Source: Acidobacteriota bacterium (GTDB lineage: Bacteria > Acidobacteriota > UBA6911 > RPQK01 > JAJDTT01). Taken from it: 64,000 nucleotides of DNA. Each line of letters opens with the position of its first letter. The stretch's first letter is position 1. Positions 1-9,562 of this stretch are shown here, piece after piece. Position numbers and translations under genes: made by a program. Below the pieces are notes generated by a model. The model worked only from the letters and a program-made list of their open reading frames with translations. It did no database searches and was not told where the DNA came from. Location: positions 4,768,001-4,832,000 of the forward strand of contig OZ242374.1 of assembly GCA_965209055.1 (NCBI GenBank). The letters are read 5' to 3'.

Positions 1-739
1 AATATGAGATGTCCGCCTGGCTTCGTTCGAGCTCGGCGCGCGCAGCCTGGATCTGCTCGGTTCGCGGACCGATCTCCAGGAGCAGATGGTTCTTCTCGGC
101 CACGGCGACGGTGGCCTTGGCCATGTCACGGCGAGACCGGGCATCGTCCACCAGTTGTTGTGCGATGACGCCACTTTCGATGAGTTGACTCAATCGTCGA
201 TGTTCGAGTTCGGCATTTTCCAAGTCGGCGCGGCTTCGTTCCAGCTCCGCCTCCGCTCGCTGGATCTCTTCAGGCCGTGAACCGGTTTCCAATTCGGTGA
301 GGCGGGCCCGTGCCGAGTCGTGACCCGCTTGCGCCTGCTGGAGTTGGGCCCGGAACTCGGCATCCTCCAACCGGACCAGCAACTGGCCTTTTTCGACTCG
401 ATCCGATTTGTCGACACCGACCCATGCGACCTTCCCCATGATCCTTGAACTGACTTCGATCCGGTGGCGAGGGACGATGTAGCCCGAGGCGATGAGCAAC
501 GTCCGGTTCCGTTCCGGCGCCCCATCGGCCCCGGGGACGGCAGGAACGGCGTTCGCCCGATCCGCCTGCACGTCCGCCACCGCGGCATCCGGCGTCTGCA
601 ACGACAGGTTCAGGAAAACCAGCCCGGACAGGACAGCGCCCAAAACGAAAGCCATCAGTCCCATCAGCCACAAGTTTCGGGGCGGCCTGGCACGCTTCCG
701 GTTGCGGTCGATCCGCAACGCCTTCAAATCTTTTTCCAT
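1..739 (-). CDS. Efflux RND/MacA-type periplasmic adaptor (membrane fusion protein), partial; runs off window start
   Basis: Not in the ORF track. Manual translation from the ATG at 739 (TGATG overlap with the upstream permease stop) gives MEKDLKALRIDR, a TM helix, LIASGYIVPRHRIEVSSRIMGKV...VEKGQLLVRLE (lipoyl-like), then a coiled hairpin GSRPEEIQRAEAEL. Confidence 0.88.
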   Translation of the reverse strand, partial: MEKDLKALRIDRNRKRARPPRNLWLMGLMAFVLGAVLSGLVFLNLSLQTPDAAVADVQADRANAVPAVPGADGAPERNRTLLIASGYIVPRHRIEVSSRIMGKVAWVGVDKSDRVEKGQLLVRLEDAEFRAQLQQAQAGHDSARARLTELETGSRPEEIQRAEAELERSRADLENAELEHRRLSQLIESGVIAQQLVDDARSRRDMAKATVAVAEKNHLLLEIGPRTEQIQAARAELERSQADISY

Positions 740-1902
740 CAGTCTCGCATCACGTCGATCAATCTCACCCGGGCGGCTCGTGCGGCCGGCAGCAGGCCGC
801 CGGCAATCCCCACCAGGCTGACGAAGAGAATCGCCTTGAAAAGGATTTCCGGGGTGATTCGAAAATGGAACAGGACTTCGCTGAAACTGGCGAAGTTGGT
901 GGTCCCCGTGGAAATGCCGTGGACCGGCAACGCCATGAGACAACCGGCGACTCCACCCAGCAACGCCAGCAGAACGGATTCCGCCAGAAACGACGCCAGG
1001 ATGCTCCGCCTGCGGAATCCCAGCGCCCGCAGGGTCCCGATCTCCTTGAACCGGGCCATGACGGTGCCGTACATCATGTTCATGGCGGCAAAGCAGGAAC
1101 CGATTCCCATGACCACCGCAATAAAGATTCCCAAGGCCTTGAGTCCCACGGAGGAGATCGTCTGTCCCTCGTAGTATTCGGTCTGGGGAATGGCTTGCAG
1201 CTCGATGTTTCGATCCTCTTCGATCCGTTTCGCCAGAGCGGCTCGAGCCTCTCCATTCTTGGCGCGAACCAGGAAAGAGGTGTAGATGGGCCGGGTCCAG
1301 GCCAATGCGATCTCGTCGTAGTCTCCCCAGATTTCCGAATCGTAGGCCGTGCCGCCGGCGTCGAAAATTCCCACGACGGTCCACTCATTCTGGGCGATGG
1401 GCAAGGTGTCGCCCAGCTTCATCTGTTTGAAACGGCGCGACAATGACCGGCTCACGATCAGTTCCCGCACGCCCTTCGCAAAGCGCCGTCCCTCGACGAT
1501 TCGGACCTCCGGCCGCATTTCGAAGCTCCGGTTGCCGGCACCGCGAATGACAATGTTCGAGGTTTCGTTTTCTCCGGCGATCCGCTCATGATTGATGACG
1601 ACGATGAGTTCGCCCGAGGCCCAGGGCTCGTCGTTTCGGTCGCGGGCCACTTCAGGCAGAAATCGGACCCTCGGGAAGATGTCCCGGTCGAGATAGCTGT
1701 TGGTCTCGTTTTGGGAGCCCTGCCGAATGACCACCAGGTCATTGGGGTATCCGGTGTTGACGAAGGTCGAGTCGAGGCCGTCGATGAGAGCCATCATGGC
1801 CACCAGAATGGCGACCGTGAGCCCGATTGCCAAGGCCGTCATCAGAGTCCCGACCCGCCGCACCCAGAGACTCCTCAAGTTGTACCGGATGGGGATTTTC
1901 AT
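739..1902 (-). CDS. ABC transporter permease, MacB/FtsX family
   Basis: N-terminal TM, periplasmic domain, C-terminal NMMYGTVMARFKEIGTLRALGF FtsX motif and three further TMs. Confidence 0.92.
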   Translation of the reverse strand: MKIPIRYNLRSLWVRRVGTLMTALAIGLTVAILVAMMALIDGLDSTFVNTGYPNDLVVIRQGSQNETNSYLDRDIFPRVRFLPEVARDRNDEPWASGELIVVINHERIAGENETSNIVIRGAGNRSFEMRPEVRIVEGRRFAKGVRELIVSRSLSRRFKQMKLGDTLPIAQNEWTVVGIFDAGGTAYDSEIWGDYDEIALAWTRPIYTSFLVRAKNGEARAALAKRIEEDRNIELQAIPQTEYYEGQTISSVGLKALGIFIAVVMGIGSCFAAMNMMYGTVMARFKEIGTLRALGFRRRSILASFLAESVLLALLGGVAGCLMALPVHGISTGTTNFASFSEVLFHFRITPEILFKAILFVSLVGIAGGLLPAARAARVRLIDVMRD

Positions 1903-3054
1903 CTAGCCCACACTCTGCAAGGCTTCGAGCGTCGGCCGCCGGGCCGCCTGCCACGCCGGCAGGCCGGCGGCAATCAATCCGATCAACGCGCCAATCAGGA
2001 CGCAGACGCCGATGGTGGAGAACCGGACATCGAAATTCTGGATGAACCCGTTGCTGATGGCCTGCATCGGCACCGACTGGAAAATCAGACGAGCGCCCAG
2101 GGCGCCGAACCCGGCTCCGCTGATTGCAAGCAGCAGCGACTCGCTCAGCAACAATCCCAGAACCTGGGCCTTCCGGAATCCCAGGGTCTTGAGAATCCCG
2201 ATCTCCCGGACCCGTTCGCGGATGGACATGGCCATGGTGTTCGCGGCGACCAGGCTGACGGCAAAGATCACCGCCAGACAGATGCTGCTGATGAGAAACT
2301 GCACGTTTCCCAGCATGGAGACGAACCCCATGATGAAAGCTTTCTCGGTTTCCGTCTTGGTGGGAGCCATGGAATTCTTGAAGAGTTCGTCCACCTCCTC
2401 GGCGATGGCGGACATCACCTCCGGCGACGAGGCCCGGATCGAGAAGGTTCCGGTGACGCCGTTGTCGTTCATGAGTTCGTTGAAGTAGTCCCAATGGAAA
2501 TAGATGCTGCCCCCCTCGTCACCGCCCCCCTGGTAGATGGCGCGGACCGTCAATTCCAATTCGGTCGGGAAGAGGTTGCTGCCGGTATGGATCGTCTGCC
2601 CCACCTGCCAGCCGAAACGCTCCGCCAGGGTACTCCCCACCAACGCTCCGGAACGATCCTGCAGAAACGCTTGTTTCTGCTCTTCGGGAACGGCCATGTC
2701 GGGATAGATCTGAAACAACCGGTCCGTATCGGAGGCAAACTGCGCCAATCCGATTTCGGTCCCCTGGTGGTTGTAGAGGCCGCCGAACCACATCGATCCG
2801 ATCACGGCTTCCACTCCGTCCAGGGCGGCGATCTTATCCCGGTAGGAGGTGGGCAAGGTATTGAAAAGGGAGATCTTGTGCCGGACCACGAGCCGCAAGG
2901 CGGAGTCCGGGGTCTCGGGCGGACTGGTCAGCTCGTCGAGCACCGTCATCAAGGTGGCCACCAGGAAAACCGATGCCCCGATGCTGCTGGCCGTCAGCAG
3001 GGTCCTGAGCTTGTTCCGGAACAGATTCGTGGCGAGAAGTCTGAAAAATTTCAT
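1903..3054 (-). CDS. ABC transporter permease, MacB/FtsX family
   Basis: NLFRNKLRTLLT start and NTMAMSIRERVREIGILKTLGF motif; start placed at ATG 3054 (MKFFRLL). Confidence 0.92.
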   Translation of the reverse strand: MKFFRLLATNLFRNKLRTLLTASSIGASVFLVATLMTVLDELTSPPETPDSALRLVVRHKISLFNTLPTSYRDKIAALDGVEAVIGSMWFGGLYNHQGTEIGLAQFASDTDRLFQIYPDMAVPEEQKQAFLQDRSGALVGSTLAERFGWQVGQTIHTGSNLFPTELELTVRAIYQGGGDEGGSIYFHWDYFNELMNDNGVTGTFSIRASSPEVMSAIAEEVDELFKNSMAPTKTETEKAFIMGFVSMLGNVQFLISSICLAVIFAVSLVAANTMAMSIRERVREIGILKTLGFRKAQVLGLLLSESLLLAISGAGFGALGARLIFQSVPMQAISNGFIQNFDVRFSTIGVCVLIGALIGLIAAGLPAWQAARRPTLEALQSVG

Positions 3055-3151
3055 GTCCGCACCCGGCATTCCAGTCTGGCCCGAATTTCTCACCCGGGCG
3101 CAGAGGATGTGCCTAATCTAATTTTATCTTGAGTTGGCGGCCGGCGTTCAA

Positions 3152-3309
3152 CAGTCCGTGGTGAAAGTCCCGCGAGCACCGAGACCGTTCCTGCGCCCGC
3201 CGGACAAGGCGCGATTCGGGTGCATACCAGGAGTATGTGCCCGAATCGCAACGCCGTCCGCGCCTGTGCAGGGACGGTCGAATGCCGTGATGACTTTTGC
3301 CACGGGCTG
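3152..3309 (+). repeat. 158-bp MITE-like fold-back element with 18-bp terminal inverted repeats, flanked by TCAA direct repeats
   Basis: CAGTCCGTGGTGAAAGTC (3152-3169) pairs with GACTTTTGCCACGGGCTG (3292-3309); nested stems 3183-3196/3266-3279 and 3211-3227/3233-3249; TCAA at 3148-3151 and 3310-3313. Confidence 0.75.
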
Positions 3310-4569
3310 TCAAGGCTTCGAAGATCTCGTCACTTCCCTGTAACTGGCCGACAGACCCGTCACCTGGGGCAGGAGTTCCAACTGCTTCCGCAGCCGTTTC
3401 GTGGCCTCGGTCGTCGGGCCGGCCCGTCCCACCGCCGGGTGCTCATGGAACCGGAGAAAGTTCCCCGGCTCCACGTACAGCTTGACCCCGTATTTCTGGC
3501 AGTGAGGGCCGTAGTCCCTGCGAATGGCCTGCACCAGCGGGGGCAGGCCGAGACCCGTCTCCTGGTTCTGCAGGTATCCCCAGGTGCGCTGGATCCGTTC
3601 CGGATAGCGCGATCGGACCCGGGTGATGTGGCCCAGGACCAAGTCGTCGATGATCCCCTCTTCGATCCACTGCCGCCATTGAATCCTCATGTTTCCGAAG
3701 GGGGGACCGATGTACTCCCCCTGCTGGATGCCGATGGAGAGCTTCTGCCCCTTCGTCTTCAGGTGGGCCTTCAATTCCCGGAGAAAGAGGGTGAAATACT
3801 CGCCCCGGAGCTCGCGCCACTTCTCCACGTCGAAGTCCTCGCGCATGATGTCCCGGCCGTAGCGGCGCTTGTACTCCTGGACGATGGGCTCATTGAAACC
3901 GTACTGGTCCGCGTGGTCCGGCGGGAGGCCGTGGGACCGGATGCTCAGGAAGACTCCGTCGAAATCGAACCCGTCCGAGAACGTGCGGATGATCTTGTTG
4001 ATCATGTAGTCGCGCACCTCCGGGTAGGCGTACTCCATGACGTGCCACTGGTACTGGCGTCCGTTGGTGGTCAGGCTCCGGTCGTGGACCAGGAACTGAG
4101 GGTTCGCCTTGGTGAACTTGGAGTGCCACGGCCAGAAGGCCCTTCCCGTGGGCCCCATGTCGAACACGTTCACGTCGGGAGGACGCCCCTCGTCGGTGGG
4201 CGCGATCCACATGTAGACCTCGATCTCCGCCGCCTTCAACGCGTCCACGGCGGTCTTGACGAGCCCGTCCTTCCAGGCCCGCCGGGTGATCTTGATCCAT
4301 TCCCGCAGATACTCGTTCTTTCCGTCCACGGTGACGTCGTGATACAGAACCACCCGGAAGTCGTCGACCCGGAACATGACCTTGTCCACCCCGTTCCGCT
4401 TCCAGTTTCGAGTTGCCTCCAGAACCTTTTCGGGAGTGTCCAACTGGAGCACGCCTTCCATTCCGTGAATCACGTCTCCCCAACTGAGGGTGAGAAATTT
4501 CTCCTTTTCCTGCCCCGCGGCAGACCCGAGCAGGCTGAGCCCCACCAGAAGCGTTGTCCAAGTTCGCAT
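3310..4569 (-). CDS. Secreted putative glycoside-hydrolase-like TIM-barrel protein (GHL10/DUF187-like)
   Basis: Signal peptide MRTWTTLLVGLSLLGSAAG; MEYAYPEVRDYM...FDFDGVFL and YGFNEPIVQEYKRRYG motifs; GGAGG RBS before ATG 4569. Confidence 0.6.
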   Translation of the reverse strand: MRTWTTLLVGLSLLGSAAGQEKEKFLTLSWGDVIHGMEGVLQLDTPEKVLEATRNWKRNGVDKVMFRVDDFRVVLYHDVTVDGKNEYLREWIKITRRAWKDGLVKTAVDALKAAEIEVYMWIAPTDEGRPPDVNVFDMGPTGRAFWPWHSKFTKANPQFLVHDRSLTTNGRQYQWHVMEYAYPEVRDYMINKIIRTFSDGFDFDGVFLSIRSHGLPPDHADQYGFNEPIVQEYKRRYGRDIMREDFDVEKWRELRGEYFTLFLRELKAHLKTKGQKLSIGIQQGEYIGPPFGNMRIQWRQWIEEGIIDDLVLGHITRVRSRYPERIQRTWGYLQNQETGLGLPPLVQAIRRDYGPHCQKYGVKLYVEPGNFLRFHEHPAVGRAGPTTEATKRLRKQLELLPQVTGLSASYREVTRSSKP

Positions 4570-4598
4570 GACTCGTTTCCTCCCTGATTCGTCTTTTT

Positions 4599-5030
4599 TT
4601 AAAGGCGCCGATTCTCGAAAATGCGGACGGTCCCGCGGTCGGAGTCGACTTCCACCCAATCGCCGTCGCGTATCGAATTCAGGTCCGCCGCGGCAACCTT
4701 AATCACCGGGATCCGGGCGATGACGCATCCCAGTATCGAGGGCGGGTCCGCTTCCAGGTTGACGAGGGCGGCCGGCGCCGTTCCCTCCAGCCCGGCGACG
4801 CGGACATGCATGGTATTGCCCGACGATCCGGTCCCCGACGGCATGACCAGCACCCGGCCCGACAGGTTCCGATCGTAGAGTGGATGCTGGCTGTCGATCA
4901 CCTTCCCGCTGGCGGGATCGAACTCCGAACGGAAGCAGAGGGGGGTCTCACTGACCATGGCTCTGCCCGAGGCTTTTCCCGCCACGATCTTCCGGCCTCG
5001 AATGACCCGTTTCTCCTTCAACCGGCCCAC
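4599..5030 (-). CDS. Aconitase X small (swivel) subunit, DUF126
   Basis: G-x-A-x-G-x-A-x-VS start, FDPASGKVID..HPLY, GRVLVMPSGTGSSG, DGDWVEVDSDRGTV. Confidence 0.88.
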   Translation of the reverse strand: MGRLKEKRVIRGRKIVAGKASGRAMVSETPLCFRSEFDPASGKVIDSQHPLYDRNLSGRVLVMPSGTGSSGNTMHVRVAGLEGTAPAALVNLEADPPSILGCVIARIPVIKVAAADLNSIRDGDWVEVDSDRGTVRIFENRRL

Positions 5031-6259
5031 CTCCCGCTGACGGCCGCCGCAACGCAGCCTTCCAGGGGCAGGACCCCGGTGCGGGAGGCCAGGGCGCTGC
5101 GCCCGTAGAACGCCTGCTTGAATGAGTTGGAGACGTAGTTGCGAGGCCGCGCATGGCCCAGGGCGCCGGGACAGATATCCGAGAGGATGTGCCCTCCGGC
5201 CTCCTCGATCACTCCTGCATAGCCCAGGCGCCGGGCGTCGACCAGCGTGTGCCGGGAGGTGCAGACGATCAGCTTCACGCCCGGAGCCACCTGCCGGCGG
5301 GCCAGCACCTGGGAGATCTCACGGAGCTCGTCCAGGGAACTGAAGGGGCAGCCCAGAGCCACCGTGTCGATGGGTTCCCCCTTCTCCATCCGGTTCATCT
5401 TCCGGTATGTGGTCCGGAGGTCGTCCCGGTCGAAGGTCAGCGATTCTATGGGCTGGTCCGGATCCAATGCCTCTTCCACGGTCGGAGCTTCGGGAGTCAG
5501 GCCGGCGATATGGAACATGGTGGTGCCCCGGCCGGCGTACGGCAGCGACGCTGAGAGCTGTTTGGCCTCGGCGGGCGCGATCTCCTCGATCCCCTCGAAA
5601 ACCGGAATCCCGGAGCCGGCTTTTTCCCCCACATGGTAGCCCAACGCGCCCCAGTCGCTGACCGAATTCATCTTCACCCGAAGCTCGACTCTCACCGCCG
5701 CCTTTCGATTCCGGTCCAGGAGGGCGCCGAACTCGGGGACCCAGCCCAGGAACGCCGCCGCCAGAGAGCTCTCCATGCCGTTGCGGTTGGTCCGGGCTCC
5801 CATCATGGAGTTGGAGTAGACCACGGCCGAAGACTCGGTCCAGGCGCAGATCTCTCCGAACCCGGGGACCGCCCCCACCTGGTACGGCGCACAGGACCAG
5901 GTGGCCTTGACCCCGGCGCCGGCCGCCAAGGCGTGCAGTTCCTGCTGAAAGTTCAGCTCCTTCTCCGTCAGGCCCTTCTCCCGCAGGGCGGCCAGGTCGG
6001 TGCAGTTGGCATGGGTCAGGGTAGTGCACTTGACCCGGTGGCGGCACAGCTCACGGAACTCGTCCAGGTAGGTGTCCAGCGTCCGTTCCGAGACCCCCTT
6101 CAGGCAGGGCGTCCGCAGGATGCAGTGGACGTTGGTGACGGGCACCAGCCGAGTGGCGCCAAGCGCCCCTCCCCAGAGGATCGACCACTCAAGATACCTG
6201 GCCAGCAGGTCTCCCCGCTCACCTGCAAGAATGGCCTTCTGTTCCTCCGTCAAATTCAT
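5018..6259 (-). CDS. Aconitase X large (catalytic) subunit, DUF521
   Basis: MNLTEEQKAILAGERG start, WSCAPY, WTESSAVVYSNS..GARTNR, MFHIAGLTPEA, ALGCP. Confidence 0.9.
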   Translation of the reverse strand: MNLTEEQKAILAGERGDLLARYLEWSILWGGALGATRLVPVTNVHCILRTPCLKGVSERTLDTYLDEFRELCRHRVKCTTLTHANCTDLAALREKGLTEKELNFQQELHALAAGAGVKATWSCAPYQVGAVPGFGEICAWTESSAVVYSNSMMGARTNRNGMESSLAAAFLGWVPEFGALLDRNRKAAVRVELRVKMNSVSDWGALGYHVGEKAGSGIPVFEGIEEIAPAEAKQLSASLPYAGRGTTMFHIAGLTPEAPTVEEALDPDQPIESLTFDRDDLRTTYRKMNRMEKGEPIDTVALGCPFSSLDELREISQVLARRQVAPGVKLIVCTSRHTLVDARRLGYAGVIEEAGGHILSDICPGALGHARPRNYVSNSFKQAFYGRSALASRTGVLPLEGCVAAAVSGRWAG

Positions 6260-6272
6260 GCGGCTCCGCCCG

Positions 6273-7229
6273 TCAATATCCTCTCGCCTTGTCGCAGACG
6301 AAACGGAGCGGCTCTCCGGCCAGATAGCGCCTCAGGTTCTCTTTGAAGATCTCGCGGCGGCGCTGCCACATCTGAGGAGAGTCGGCCGAGACGTGGGGCG
6401 AGATGATCACGTTGGGCAGATCCCAGAGCGGACTCTCCGGGGCCGGCGGCTCGGGGTCGGTGGCGTCCAGCGCCGCGCCCCCCAGGTGTCCCGACCGAAT
6501 CGCCTCGACCAGGGCGTCCTCGTCCACGATTCCCCCGCGCGAGACCACGATCAGGTGGGAGCCCCGCTTCAGATGGGCCAGGCGGCCGGCGTCGATCAGA
6601 CCACGCGTGGATTCCACCAGCGGCGCCGTCACCACGAACCAGTCGCTGATGGCCAGCATCTCGTCCAGGCGTTCCACGCCCCACACCTCCCGCACGCCGG
6701 GCGGAGGCTCCATCGGCACGACGTCCACGCCGTAAACCTCCATGTCGAATCCGGCGGCCCGTTGGGCCACGCCCTTTCCGATGTCCCCCATGGCCAGGAT
6801 CCCCAGGGTGGTGCCGGCCAGTTCGGTCATGGCGCCGAAGTACTTGATGGTGTCCCAGTTGCGGGCCCGCTGGTCTTCCAGCAGATCGGGGACCCGGTGG
6901 GCGAAAGCCAGGATCATGGCCAGGGCATGGTCCGCCATGGCGATGACGTGGGTTTCCCGGGCGTTGGTCATGACCACGTCGCTCTCGACGAGTCCCGGGG
7001 CGCGAGTGAGAATGTGGTCAAAGCCGATCCCGACAAAATGAAACCAGCGGAGCTTGCGGGCGGCCTCAAGGACTTCCTCCGTGATCAGACCGAACTGGAC
7101 CTCGGCGTCGGGAACCTCCCGAAGCTGCTCCTCCGGCGTATAGGCGGTTCGAAATTCCACCTCCGGGAAGATTTCCCGGAGTTCCTCAACGAATCCTGGT
7201 CCGATCCGGTGGGTGATGACGACTTTCAT
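6273..7229 (-). CDS. D-2-hydroxyacid dehydrogenase (NAD-binding)
   Basis: GILAMGDIG Rossmann variant, VSRGGIVDE, LDATDPEP, NVIISPHVS catalytic His. Confidence 0.92.
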   Translation of the reverse strand: MKVVITHRIGPGFVEELREIFPEVEFRTAYTPEEQLREVPDAEVQFGLITEEVLEAARKLRWFHFVGIGFDHILTRAPGLVESDVVMTNARETHVIAMADHALAMILAFAHRVPDLLEDQRARNWDTIKYFGAMTELAGTTLGILAMGDIGKGVAQRAAGFDMEVYGVDVVPMEPPPGVREVWGVERLDEMLAISDWFVVTAPLVESTRGLIDAGRLAHLKRGSHLIVVSRGGIVDEDALVEAIRSGHLGGAALDATDPEPPAPESPLWDLPNVIISPHVSADSPQMWQRRREIFKENLRRYLAGEPLRFVCDKARGY

Positions 7230-7262
7230 GATCTCAATTGCTCCTTCGCGTGAGGTTGGTCC

Positions 7263-9335
7263 TCACGGGCGGTTTCCGCCCCGGTCCGCTCCGGCACCGA
7301 CGCGGTATTTTTCGAACCAGGCCAGGATATAGCTGACCTTGGCCACCAGATGGCTGGGCCGCTGGGCGATGCCGTGGTCGGCCTCGGGAATCCGCACCAT
7401 GGCCGTGTCCACCTTGCGCAACTTGAGGGCCTGATAGTACTGCTCCGTCTCGGAGATGGGCGTCCTCAGGTCCGACTCTCCGGTGAGGAGCATGGTCGGC
7501 GTCGTGACGTTCCCCACCAGCGAGAGAGGCGAGTACTTCCAATAGGTTTCGTAGTCCTCCCAGACCGGGCCCGGCATCCAGTACTTGCTGAAGGCAACGT
7601 AGATGTCGCTGGTGCCGCCCATGCTGATCCAATTGATGACCGGCTTCGAGGCGACCGCCGCCCGGAACCGGTCCGTCTTCCCCACGATCCAGGCCGTCAG
7701 GACCCCTCCCCCCGATCCTCCGGTGACGAACAGGTTTTCCGGGTCCACATAGCCGCGCCCCAGCACGTAGTCCACACCGGCGATCAGATCGTCGTAGTCC
7801 TGGCTCGGATAATTCTGGTGGATGAGGTTGGCGAACTCGGCTCCGTAGCTGGTGCTGCCCCGGGGATTCGTGTAGAGCACCACGTAGCCGGCCGACGCCA
7901 TCAACTGAAGCTCGACGCTGAAGTAGGGGCCGTAATAGGCGTAGGGACCTCCGTGGATTTCCAGGATCAGGGGATATTTCCGGGACGGATCGAAGTCGGG
8001 AGGTTTGATGATCCAGCCGTCGATGGGACGGCCGTCCACCGGCGAAGCGTAGGTGATCGGCTCCACCGGGCCCAGCGCCTTGTGGGTCAGCAGGTCCTCG
8101 TTCAGATGGGTCAGGCGGCGGGCTTCACCCGAGGCTGGGGCGAAGCCGACATCGGGAGGACTCCGGGTCGACGTGGACGTGTAGACGATTCCGTTCCTTC
8201 CGGCCCGATAGGCCCCCGCCCCGTACGGCCGGCCCAGGGAGAGGCCGCCGGCGTCGGTCACCACCGGATGGATCTTGCCGTCGAGGCCGACCCGAGCCAC
8301 TTGAGTCGAGCCCACATCGCCGTAAAGGACGTAGATTCCGTCACCGTCCGGATGCCACTGGGGACTGGAGACGGACCGGTCCAGACCCTGGGTCAACGGG
8401 CGCGTGTTTTCTCCGTTCCGATCCATGACGTAAAGGACCCTGTTGGCATAGCTCAATCCCCGGTCGTCATATCCCGTATAGGCGATGGTCTTGCCGTCCG
8501 GAGAAAGGGCGGGGTCCGAGTCGGGCCCTTTTCTGTCGGTCAGGGTCCTGATCTCACCCGTCAGGGACACCTCATGGATCTCCGACTCCCGAGGCTCGTA
8601 CTCCCAACCGGGAGAGCGGTTGGAACTGATCAGGATCCCCGCGCTCTCGGGCAACCAGACCGGCGGACCCGAGTTGTATTCTCCCCGCGTCAGTTGCCGG
8701 GGCGTGCCTCCGTCGTCGTCCAGGAGAAAGAGCTGGACATTGCCCTCCTCCAGCAGTCCCTGACCGTCCCGGCGATACCGGACGCTCCGGATCTCCCGGG
8801 GCCGGGGAGCCCATTGGGCGCCTTCGGGCGGGGACGGCAACTGCACCATGGGCGGCCGTTTCCGCGGGACGAACTGGGTGAAGGCGATCCATTTGCCATC
8901 CGGGGACCAGGCCGGGTTCGAAGGCGCCCGCGCGAGGTGCGTCAGCCGGGCGGTCTGCCGCGTGTCCATCCACATGACGTAGAGCTGGGGGCTTCCCTCG
9001 GCGTCGGAGACGTAAAGCAGCCGCCTCCCGTCGGCTGAGAGCCGGGGGGAGGCGTACCGGGCTTCGCCGGACAAGAGCGGACGATGCCGGCTTCCATCCA
9101 GATCGACGGTCCAGACGCTGCTCCGGCGCCGGTCGGTCATCACGTCCATGGCGTTGCGCATGTAGATCACGCGTCCGCCGTCGGGGGCGAAGCGGGGATC
9201 GGAAGCCCATTCCAGTTCGAACACGTCCTTCGGCTCGAATCGCTCGAGTTCGCCGGCCAGGAGCCGCATGGGAAGGAACGAACCCAGCCAGACGCCGAGA
9301 CCGGCGATCAGAAGAAGCGACCGAAACATGACCAT
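7263..9335 (-). CDS. S9 family (acylaminoacyl/dipeptidyl) peptidase, secreted
   Basis: Signal peptide, PD40-type propeller repeats (PAWSPDGK, PALSPDGK), IHGGP, GGSGGG nucleophile, DLRTP Asp, ADHGI His; start placed at 9335. Confidence 0.92.
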   Translation of the reverse strand: MVMFRSLLLIAGLGVWLGSFLPMRLLAGELERFEPKDVFELEWASDPRFAPDGGRVIYMRNAMDVMTDRRRSSVWTVDLDGSRHRPLLSGEARYASPRLSADGRRLLYVSDAEGSPQLYVMWMDTRQTARLTHLARAPSNPAWSPDGKWIAFTQFVPRKRPPMVQLPSPPEGAQWAPRPREIRSVRYRRDGQGLLEEGNVQLFLLDDDGGTPRQLTRGEYNSGPPVWLPESAGILISSNRSPGWEYEPRESEIHEVSLTGEIRTLTDRKGPDSDPALSPDGKTIAYTGYDDRGLSYANRVLYVMDRNGENTRPLTQGLDRSVSSPQWHPDGDGIYVLYGDVGSTQVARVGLDGKIHPVVTDAGGLSLGRPYGAGAYRAGRNGIVYTSTSTRSPPDVGFAPASGEARRLTHLNEDLLTHKALGPVEPITYASPVDGRPIDGWIIKPPDFDPSRKYPLILEIHGGPYAYYGPYFSVELQLMASAGYVVLYTNPRGSTSYGAEFANLIHQNYPSQDYDDLIAGVDYVLGRGYVDPENLFVTGGSGGGVLTAWIVGKTDRFRAAVASKPVINWISMGGTSDIYVAFSKYWMPGPVWEDYETYWKYSPLSLVGNVTTPTMLLTGESDLRTPISETEQYYQALKLRKVDTAMVRIPEADHGIAQRPSHLVAKVSYILAWFEKYRVGAGADRGGNRP

Positions 9336-9441
9336 TTCCGCACCCTTGCCCGCGCCAATCGGCGCCGTTTCGTGAACCGCTATCATTCTGCGCTTCGACT
9401 TCGGACTCCACAAGGCCGTATGAGGAAAGAGAAAAGACAAG

Positions 9442-9517
9442 GCGGGCGATTTCCAATCGCCCGTGCCCCGCATTCCTCGATGTTCCACGAATCGGCGGTC
9501 AGGGAACCTCCGCTCCC
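9442..9517. repeat. REP-like palindromic hairpins between the divergent peptidase and mtnA genes
   Basis: GCGGGCGATT-TCC-AATCGCCCGT (9442-9464) and CGGCGGTCAGGGAACCTCCGCTCCC (9493-9517), related to the hairpins at 38729-38780. Confidence 0.5.
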
Positions 9518-9562
9518 ATCCTTTCCGTTGCCGGCTTCCAGGGCTTCGTGTAACTTGTGCCC

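Noticed and set aside
3152-3309. Possible 6S or SRP RNA
   Set aside because: No large central bubble and no SRP domain IV motif; terminal repeats with flanking TCAA favour a mobile repeat
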